DNA of 63,753 nt, filler included, from Octopus bimaculoides (lineage: Eukaryota): the NCBI RefSeq assembly GCF_001194135.2. It is 7 parts of 4 records of this genome, joined end to end, with 100 filler letters (N's around TTAATTAATTAA, not from the genome) between each part and the next. Parts side by side here need not be neighbours in the genome. Positions count along the whole stretch, not along the records: positions 52,066 to 57,345 come from NC_068982.1; positions 57,446 to 58,869 come from NC_068985.1; positions 58,970 to 61,364 come from NC_068982.1; positions 61,465 to 63,753 come from NC_069007.1; 3 more parts are not named here. One strand, written 5' to 3'. Shown here one piece after another: positions 55,090-63,753 of this stretch. Made by a program: the position numbers and the translations under genes. Positions within the stretch are counted from its first letter, which is position 1. Every line of letters begins with the position of its first letter. The notes under the pieces were generated by a model that had not been told where the DNA came from, did not search any database, and saw only the letters and a program-made list of their open reading frames with translations.

Positions 55090-55095
<6 letters not shown>
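54695..55095 (-). mobile_element. SINE family B 5' half, hosting a nested family A SINE
   Basis: cgacgggcttctttcagtttccgtctac...gaggctatagtagaagacacttgccca matches ~58090-58198. It continues after the insert as agcttcttaccacaca. Confidence 0.85.
54818..55075 (-). mobile_element. Full-length SINE family A with alternative 3' tail and 14-17-bp TSD
   Basis: TSD (gcc)atgcaagcttctta at 54801-54817 and 55073-55089. The tail is ctttgtctgtccttgtttgtcccctttatgtttagccccttgtgggcaataaaaaa. Confidence 0.93.
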
Positions 55096-55153
<58 letters not shown>

Positions 55154-55420
55154 GAACGATAAAGGAACAGGAAATTATGGAATGAAATTCACTAGCTTAC
55201 CGCTGTTTCTGTTATAAAATGTCGTGCATTCAAAGCAGAGTGCTTGTGCATCACCTTATAGCTTCCTCGGAGCTTCCAAAATGAAGTGCATAATTCTTTG
55301 CCCCTTCACCGTTTATATAATTTCATTTTACGCTCTGTATTCAACTAGCGTTTTATTTTGAAGCATATGTACATTGAATTCTAACGCCAAATTTTTAGTA
55401 TCGCTAACATTGGTATATAT

Positions 55421-55735
55421 AAGACCCTCCTTCAGTCATGAATAACTGGGATTGCACCTAAAAGTTACCCTCTGAGGCACAAGTTCGGGCAAGGTTATCT
55501 ATTGAAGACCAGCTGTCACCCATGCATACCAGCCTCCCCGCTCCACGCTACTGATGTTATCCAAGGGAAAAGGCAAAGGCCGATACAGCTTGGCGCCAGT
55601 GACGTCTTAACTCATTCTCACAGCTGAGTGAACTGAAACATTTGAAACAATATGAAATATAGTGTCTTGCTCAATTGAACTCACTAGCTTATGATTGTGA
55701 GCCCGATGCTCTAACCACTGAGCCATGCACCTTCA
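55421..55735 (-). mobile_element. SINE family C, near full length
   Basis: The reverse complement has an A-box (tggctcagtggttagagc), a B-box (gagttcaat) and a CORE-like ttgagcaagacac..tcactcagctg block, followed by a long 3' region. Confidence 0.75.
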
Positions 55736-55743
55736 TATGTATG

Positions 55744-55779
<36 letters not shown>

Positions 55780-56853
55780 NNNNNNNNNNNNNNNNNNNNN
55801 NNNNNNNNNNNNNNNNNNNNNNNNNNNNNNNNNNNNNNNNNNNNNNNNNNNNNNNNNNNNNNNNNNNNNNNNNNNNNNNNNNNNNNNNNNNNNNNNNNNN
55901 NNNNNNNNNNNNNNNNNNNNNNNNNNNNNNNNNNNNNNNNNNNNNNNNNNNNNNNNNNNNNNNNNNNNNNNNNNNNNNNNNNNNNNNNNNNNNNNNNNNN
56001 NNNNNNNNNNNNNNNNNNNNNNNNNNNNNNNNNNNNNNNNNNNNNNNNNNNNNNNNNNNNNNNNNNNNNNNNNNNNNNNNNNNNNNNNNNNNNNNNNNNN
56101 NNNNNNNNNNNNNNNNNNNNNNNNNNNNNNNNNNNNNNNNNNNNNNNNNNNNNNNNNNNNNNNNNNNNNNNNATATATATATATATATATATATAGTCAT
56201 CCTTATTATTTATACACACACACACACGAATATCTGTTAAAGTACTTGTTTAGAAACTAGTAAAAGAATCATTAGGTCACTTAGAATAAAAGTTTATTTA
56301 TTAAAGCATTTCTTTACAATTATTCTTTACAATCTTTCGATATTACTAAATGAATGCAACATTATTACATTTTGTTATTAAATACAAACGCGGAATATAC
56401 GAAAACTTCTCTTGTAATTAAAAAGAAAAAAATTTCCTAGTAATTGAGACGAATTTTTTAAGAGTGTAACGGACATATAAATTAATGTTCACCTTTATAA
56501 TGCTGAAATTTCGAGTGGTTTCATTTGGAAGGAGAAAAACAGCATACATAAATTAATGTCTTTCCAGAAACGTATTTATTTAATTTAGAAATGTTCAAAT
56601 GTCAGCGAATGTTTCTTTAAGTAGGAGGCAAAGGAGATCGAAAGGAGTCGTTAGTGGACTTACTTTAATTTGAGATAGAGAGAAAGAGAGAGAGAGAGAG
56701 AGGAGGGGGAGAAAGTGTGAGAGAGAAGGGGAGAAAGTGTGAGAGAGAGGGAGAGAGGAGTGATTCCAAATAAATATATTTATTGTCCACTCTTACGTTG
56801 AGAGCGGGAGAAAGGGTGTGAGAGAGGGGGAGAGAGAAAGAGAGAGGGAAAGA

Positions 56854-56886
<33 letters not shown>

Positions 56887-57018
56887 TTTAGGAAAGATAG
56901 TTGGTAAGTTCATATTGGTTCAACCAAAATATCAAGAGAAATGAGATAGCTTAGTGTATGTCACTCTAGTTACATACACATGTATATATACATGCGTATA
57001 TATGTATATATATATATA

Positions 57019-57345
57019 TACACAAAGGAGATGAACAGTAGCAAATTACCATTTCTAGATATAATGGTAATTAAAAAGAACACCGCCATTACCACAGATA
57101 TATATTACAAACACACAGACACACACCAATACTTGAACTTTAAATCGTGCCATCCACCCCATACAAAACGCAACATACCATACTGCCTAGCCAGGAGAAT
57201 ATGTACTATTGTAGAGGATATAGAGACCAGAAATCAACGCCTGATGGAACTGAAAGAATTTCTGGTGAAGCAAAAATACCCATCACGACTCATAGAAAAT
57301 GGTATTCAGCGGGCTTCGAAAATACCCATACAACAACTGAGGACA
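57019..57345 (+). mobile_element. Penelope-like element, RT C-terminal/thumb region; open frame running into a gap
   Basis: YTKEMNSSKLPFLDIMVIKKNTAITTDIYYKHTDTHQYLNFKSCHPPHTKRNIPYCLARRICTIVED...LKEFLVKQKYP, the classic Penelope LPFLD / YxKxT / YLxFxSxHP motif series. Confidence 0.93.
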
Positions 57346-57850
57346 NNNNNNNNNNNNNNNNNNNNNNNNNNNNNNNNNNNNNNNNNNNNTTAATTAATTA
57401 ANNNNNNNNNNNNNNNNNNNNNNNNNNNNNNNNNNNNNNNNNNNNATACATACAATACATACATGCATACATACATACAAATTCACACATACATACAAAC
57501 GCACACATACATATTTACAAACACACACACATACTTACAAACACACACACATACATACATACATACAAATTCACACATACATACAAACGCACAAATTCAT
57601 ACATACAAACACGTAAAAATACGCATACATGCATAAAAACACACACATACACACATAAAAATACACATAAACACAGACGAACACATACATATAAATACAA
57701 AATCAAACACACATACATGCGTATACACAAATATACACATAGATCAAATACGCACACATAATACATATATACCCACATACATACATACATACATACACAT
57801 ATAAACATACAAACAAACAAATATATATCATTGCTTTTTTTAATTTACAT

Positions 57851-58266
57851 CTCTTTTACTTGTTTCAGTCATTTGACTGTGGCCATGCTGGAGCACCGCC
57901 TTTAGTCGAGCAAATCGACCCCGGGACTTATTCTTTGGAAGCCTAGTACTTATTCTATTGGTCTCTTTTGCCGAACCGCTAGGTGACGGGGACATAAGCA
58001 CACCAGCATCGGCTGTCAAGCAATGTTAGGGGCACAAACACAGACACACAAACACACACACATACACAAACACACACACATATATATAAATATATATATA
58101 TACATATATACGACGGGCTTCTTTCAGTTTCCGTCTACTAAATCCACTCACAAGGCTTTGGTCGGCCCGAGGCTATAGTAGAAGACACTTGCCCAAGATG
58201 CCACGCAGTGGGACTGAACCCGGAACCATGTGGTCGGTAGGCAAGCTACTTACCACACAGCCACTC
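57851..58266 (-). mobile_element. SINE family B, best-preserved full-length copy (CORE-SINE-like)
   Basis: The reverse complement has a tRNA head (gagtggctgtgtggtaag..ggttccgggttcagtccca) and a CORE-like ttgggcaagtgtcttctactatagcctc block. These are followed by an internal TA/TG repeat and a 3' region ending gactgaaacaagtaaaagag. Confidence 0.92.
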
Positions 58267-58969
58267 GTTAATAAAACGTTTTGTATTTTAGATATAATTT
58301 TAAAATGTAATTGAAATATTTAGGGTACATAAAAAAGTTAAGAATCATCAACATCATCATAGTCGTCGTTGTCGATGTTATGTTCGAAAGTAAAATATAT
58401 ATTATTATTATGTTACAAATCATTAAAATTTGCTAGAAATAATTATAAAATGTTAGAAATCGTAGTAAAAATGCTAGAACTCATTATTATTTACTTCTCT
58501 TGGATATTTTCCGACAAATGTATTGATGTTAACTCAATGAGATAATTATTAAGGAAGGTTTCTCTGTATTAGCGTGTACATGTATATGTGTGATGGGGGT
58601 ATATTGGGACAAAGAGGAAAAATAGCGCTCAGTATAAGAGAGGTAATATATATTTTAACATTATTTAAATTACAGCCGAATGATAAATATATAAATGTGT
58701 GTGGGGGGGGGGGTGAAGAGTGCGTCTCTTAAAATAAAAAGGTATACCATTCCCTGTTCATGCTTGATTAAGAATTAAATCCTACAAAATCTATTGGGTA
58801 CGTTTTCGTGTTTGAATGCAAAGATCAGTGACAGACACACACATACAAATGTGTGTAAGCAATATGTTTNNNNNNNNNNNNNNNNNNNNNNNNNNNNNNN
58901 NNNNNNNNNNNNNTTAATTAATTAANNNNNNNNNNNNNNNNNNNNNNNNNNNNNNNNNNNNNNNNNNNN

Positions 58970-59312
58970 CGTTCAGTCTCACTGCGTGTCTGTCACTTTG
59001 AACAAATGTCTTCAACTATACTCCTGGGGCTGACCTAAGCCTTGTGAGTCGATTTGGTAGATGGAAACTGAAAGAAGCTCGTCGTAAATATGTGTGTATG
59101 TGTGTGTGTGTGTGTGTGTCTTTGTCTGCCCCCACCCCACCGGTGTTTATGTCCCCCTTAACTTAGCGGTTCGGCAAAAGGCACTGACAAAATAAGCACC
59201 AAGCTTTACAAAAAATATCCCTGAGGTCGATTAGTTCCACTAAAAATTCCTCAAGGTGGTTCCCCAGCTTGGCCGCAGTCTAATGACTGAAACAAGTAAA
59301 AGATGAAAGATA
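58970..59312 (+). mobile_element. SINE family B; 5' end lost in a spacer gap
   Basis: Colinear with the reverse complement of 57851-58230. Confidence 0.85.
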
Positions 59313-59344
59313 AATATAGTTATCATAAAGTCTACTTCATAGAC

Positions 59345-61025
59345 ACGTGGTCATTTCCCATGCTAGAAATAGCAGTCAGACCTCCCTCAAAATTCACTCT
59401 GCTGCTAAAAGAAATAGCAGCCAGATCTTCATCGAATTATATACTCTACTAACTGAAAACCAACTACAGAATCTCTTCATGGTCATTTCGCATGCTAGAA
59501 ATAATAGCTAGACCTTCTTCAAACTATACTGTTAAATGAAAAGAACCAGAGGACCATTTAGTGATCATCTTATGTGCTAGAAATAGTAGTTAGACCTCTT
59601 CTAAGAGAATGTCTTACTGGCCGTTTATAGCAGCTAAAACTCTTTCACATTACTCTCTGCTAACTGAAGACACCCACCACCACCACCCTCTTAGTGGTCG
59701 TTTTACACGCTAGAAATAACAGTCATACCTCTTTCAAATTAGTTTACTAGAAACCAGCCAGAGAACCTCTTAGTGGTCGTTTTATAAGCTAGAAATGACA
59801 GCCAGACCCCCGTCAAATTACACTCTGCTGCTATAAATAGACACACCTAAAATTCCACACTGCTAAATATAAACTGGACTAGCAATTGTGTGTGATATAT
59901 CTTTAATAAGATCATTTCCCAAGGCGTTGCCTCGGAGGATGGCGAGATAGATGCACTGAAACAGTCACTGTAATTCACGGGGCTCACACTTGCGAAGAGC
60001 CACTTCCACCCTAGTAGCGGTGAGCAGGGATATGGTCCGGGCGGGTGCCAAGAACGCCGGAGGTCTCCACATGCTAGAAATAACAGCCAGACCTCCTTCG
60101 AATTACACCCTCCTAAATAAAAACCAATTAGAGAACCTTGGTAATCGTTTTATATACTAGTATTAAAAGTCAGACCTTCCTCAAGAGAACTCATCTGTGG
60201 TTGTTTTAGATGCTAGATATAGCAGCCCTTCAAACTACACACTGCTAACTGAAAACTAGCCAGAGAATGTCTTAGTAATCGTTTTACATGCTAGAAATAA
60301 CAGTTAAATCTCCTTCAAGTTAAGTAGCAGCAGAGTGAAATTCAAGTTTCACTAATTGTAATCTCATTTATCTCCTAGTTTATTGAAACTTATCTCTAGA
60401 AGCTCTCTAAACCAGTTGTAGATATACATGAGTCATCAAAATCAATGTCAACTGATAAATGGACGAACCAACAACATGACCTGTTAGTGGTCGTTTTCCG
60501 CGCTAGAAATAGCAGAGAGACGGTCTTCAAGTTAGACTCTGCTAACGGGAAACTAACAAGAGAACCTTCATGGTTCTTTTACATGCTAGAAATAGCAACC
60601 ATACCTTTTTCAAATTACACTCTGCTAATTGAATACCAACTGGAGAATCACTTTGTGGTCGTTTAACATATTAGAAATAGTAGTCAGACCTTCAAATCAC
60701 TCTTTATTAACTGAAGACCAACTAAAGAAACTTAGTGACCGTTTGAGATCCTAGAAATAGCAACCATACCCCCCTTCAAATTACACTCTGTTACTTGAAA
60801 GCTACAAGAGAAACCCTTAGTGATCGTTTTAGATGCTAGAAATAGCAGCCTGGCTGACTTCAATTGGTACTTTGTTAACTGAAAAGTAACTAGAGTTCGT
60901 TACTCATGCCATAAATAGAGGCTATACCTTCTTCGAACTATACTCTGCTAACTGAAAACCAGTTAGAGAACCTCTTAGTATTCTTCTAACATATTAGAAA
61001 TAGCAGCTAGAACGTCTTCAAATTG
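59345..61025 (+). repeat. Degenerate ~80-85-bp tandem satellite, roughly 17 units, interrupted twice
   Basis: The recurring unit is approximately ggtcgttttacatgctagaaatagcagtcagacctctttcaaattacactctgctaactgaaaaccagccagagaacctcttagt. The ctagaaata-like anchor appears at ~59363, 59494, 59577, 59710, 59790, 60074, 60290, 60502, 60585, 60671, 60752, 60836 and 60995. Confidence 0.9.
59885..60068 (-). mobile_element. 3' fragment of a CRE-like RLE non-LTR retrotransposon inserted in the satellite
   Basis: Minus strand gives VETSGVLG, then after one frameshift ...CEPRELQ*LFQCIYLAILRGNAL. This resembles the ET.G..G / EPRE..FLFQR+S+A+.RGNA C-terminus of CRE/MoTeR-type endonucleases. Confidence 0.7.
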
Positions 61026-61181
61026 AATCCAGGTTAAAAAAAAAAAAAGTCACAGGAAAAAAGTCATGGAAAATAAGTCACAGGAAAAAAATTACAGGGG
61101 TTTCCGAGGGGTTTTCTCCGGATCCCATAGATTAATTGCGACTTTGGTAATTTTTCAGATTAACACCTGCACGAACTTCAC

Positions 61182-61364
61182 TAGGGTGTTAGGGTTAAGG
61201 TTTTAGGGTCAGGGTTAGGGTTTTAGGGCTAGATTTAGGGTTAGGGTTAGGGTTTAGGGTTACGGTTACGGTTAGGGTTAGGGTTTTAGGGTTTGGGTAA
61301 GGGAATTCCGCCCCTAACCGTAACCGTAACCCTAAACACTAACCCTAACTCTAACCCTAAAACC
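61182..61364. repeat. Inverted telomere-type repeats (TTAGGG)n - GGAATTCC - (CCCTAA)n at a contig end
   Basis: The G-rich tract spans 61182-61303 and the C-rich tract 61312-61364. Both carry TTACGG/CCGTAA variant units. Confidence 0.9.
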
Positions 61365-61970
61365 NNNNNNNNNNNNNNNNNNNNNNNNNNNNNNNNNNNN
61401 NNNNNNNNTTAATTAATTAANNNNNNNNNNNNNNNNNNNNNNNNNNNNNNNNNNNNNNNNNNNNACACACACACACACACACATACATACATACATATAT
61501 ATATACATACATACATCCACCTTCCATCCATTCGTCCAGTTCGCCAGCCAGCCTACCTGCCCGTTATCCATACTTATATACAGTGAAAGACAAAACAAAC
61601 TTCATCTGTGTATCCCACGCCATCGTCGCTCTAGTCCTCGTCGATGTCCGAATATACCGAATAATGAAAGGCTAGAATGAGGAAGAACTGGGAATTGGAA
61701 AGGGGGGGGGCAAGAATGAACTGATAAGTAGAGAGAAATGATGATTGGAGGCGGCGCAGGTGAAAGGAATGGAGAAGGAGTTGAAGGAGAAGTGGTGATG
61801 GTGTAGCAACAGAAGGAGGAATAGGAAGAGATGCGTAACAATTGAATTTTCTAATTATTTTCATTTCTAGATTTATATAATACAATTACAGAAGAACTTA
61901 CGTTGATTGATTTTATCGATCATATATCAGTACTTTACATATACTTAGATGCGTACACATACATACACAC

Positions 61971-62049
<79 letters not shown>

Positions 62050-62940
62050 NNNNNNNNNNNNNNNNNNNNNNNNNNNNNNNNNNNNNNNNNNNNNNNNNNN
62101 NNNNNNNNNNNNNNNNNNNNNNNNNNNNNNNNNNNNNNNNNNNNNNNNNNNNNNNNNNNNNNNNNNNNNNNNNNNNNNNNNNNNNNNNNNNNNNNNNNNN
62201 NNNNNNNNNNNNNNNNNNNNNNNNNNNNNNNNNNNNNNNNNNNNNNNNNNNNNNNNNNNNNNNNNNNNNNNNNNNNNNNNNNNNNNNNNNNNNNNNNNNN
62301 NNNNNNNNNNNNNNNNNNNNNNNNNNNNNNNNNNNNNNNNNNNNNNNNNNNNNNNNNNNNNNNNNNNNNNNNNNNNNNNNNNNNNNNNNNNNNNNNNNNN
62401 NNNNNNNNNNNNNNNNNNNNNNNNNNNNNNNNNNNNNNNNNNNNNNNNNNNNNNNNNNNNNNNNNNNNNNNNNNNNNNNNNNNNNNNNNNNNNNNNNNNN
62501 NNNNNNNNNNNNNNNNNNNNNNNNNNNNNNNNNNNNNNNNNNNNNNNNNNNNNNNNNNNNNNNNNNNNNNNNNNNNNNNNNNNNNNNNNNNNNNNNNNNN
62601 NNNNNNNNNNNNNNNNNNNNNNNNNNNNNNNNNNNNNNNNNNNNNNNNNNNNNNNNNNNNNNNNNNNNNNNNNNNNNNNNNNNNNNNNNNNNNNNNNNNN
62701 NNNNNNNNNNNNNNNNNNNNNNNNNNNNNNNNNNNNNNNNNNNNNNNNNNNNNNNNNNNNNNNNNNNNNNNNNNNNNNNNNNNNNNNNNNNNNNNNNNNN
62801 NNNNNNNNNNNNNNNNNNNNNNNNNNNNNNNNNNNNNNNNNNNNNNNNNNNNNNNNNNNNNNNNNNNNNNNNNNNNNNNNNNNNNNNNNNNNNNNNNNNN
62901 NNNNNNNNNNNNNNNNNNNNNNNNNNNNNNNNNNNNNNNA

Positions 62941-63331
62941 AATTTGAATAGTAAAACTTATTTTATTATAGTTTACAAATTACACTATACGTATTTAAGT
63001 AGAATTTGGCTAATTTACAACTTTAGATACAGAAAAAAGTGACTAATTAGACAAACTTACAAATTAGTTGAACAGTTTGTGCAATACATTTAGAAGATGA
63101 GAATTGTAAAGAGTGATAAATTAGAAGAATGGCATTCTTTGCTGAAATATTTCAAGTAAAAAGTTTCTTATTTTTTGTTATTTTACTAGAATTAATAGTT
63201 TGTCCTATACTTTTCCAGGTTTATAATCTTAAGAATATTACATTCCATGCTCGCAGTTTTCCATGTAATTAATACATGCATTGATATGAACGTATGGATG
63301 AGTACTATTGTTTCTGCTCTGTGTGTGTGTG

Positions 63332-63363
<32 letters not shown>

Positions 63364-63753
63364 NNNNNNNNNNATTATTAAGTATCTTATAACAGCAATG
63401 CCTGGAAAAATCATGGATTACATCGAAAAATGCGAGCATGAAAAGTAATATTCTTAAGACTATGAACCAGGGAAAGTACAGGGTAAGTTAATACACCTGT
63501 AAAAGTATAGGACAAACTATTACTAGTAAAGTAAAGAATAAGAAATTTAAAATATTGTTGCTAAAATAGAAATTTGAATAGTAAAACTTATTTTATTATA
63601 GTTTACAAATTACACTATACGTATTTAAGTAGAATTTGGCTAATTTACAACTTTAGATACAGAAAAAAGTGACTAATTAGACAAACTTACAAATTAGTTG
63701 AACAGTTTGTGCAATACATTTAGAAGATGAGAATTGTAAAGAGTGATAAATTA
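62941..63753. repeat. Exact 183-bp direct duplication (62941-63123 = 63571-63753) with ~120-bp inverted arms between; MITE-like and/or unmerged contig overlap
   Basis: The two copies read identical. ~63150-63270 is the approximate reverse complement of ~63415-63560. A 10-N gap lies at 63364-63373. Confidence 0.75.

Noticed and set aside
58195-58266. tRNA genes at SINE heads (also 35910, 55690 and 55020)
   Set aside because: These have A/B boxes only and no complete cloverleaf, and they continue into SINE bodies.
59345-61025. CRISPR-like repeat-spacer array
   Set aside because: Whole units are homologous and degenerate with no unique spacers, no cas genes are present, and the context is eukaryotic.

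Overview
AT-rich, gap-riddled animal genomic DNA, most likely an octopus. This is inferred from the SINE families, the very high TA/CA/AAT microsatellite density and the TTAGGG repeats; it was not checked against a database. I can support no host protein-coding gene, true tRNA or rRNA. Nearly all long ORFs in the track are microsatellite or N-gap artefacts. The recognisable content is a transposon graveyard: four tRNA-derived SINE families, Dong/R4-type restriction-like-endonuclease (RLE) LINE 3' ends sitting in (AAT)n, a CRE-like RLE fragment, Penelope-like fragments with minimal hammerhead ribozyme folds, and three mariner derivatives. The best leads are: (1) a TSD-bounded 1.6-kb element at 40590-42187 that carries only a gag-like ORF1 with no reverse transcriptase, and whose 3' tail is shared with a SINE at 54818-55075; (2) a palindromic Penelope-derived insert with a hammerhead fold at 39551-39811, plus a second hammerhead with a non-canonical CUGUGGA core at 22664-22701; (3) a mariner built from two 5' ends in inverted orientation at 52481-53319; (4) a fold-back (TTAGGG)n/(CCCTAA)n block at 61182-61364 next to an ~85-bp satellite. 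Six 100-bp N-TTAATTAATTAA-N spacers are artificial joins, so adjacency across them is unreliable. Coordinates were read by eye and may be off by a few bases.
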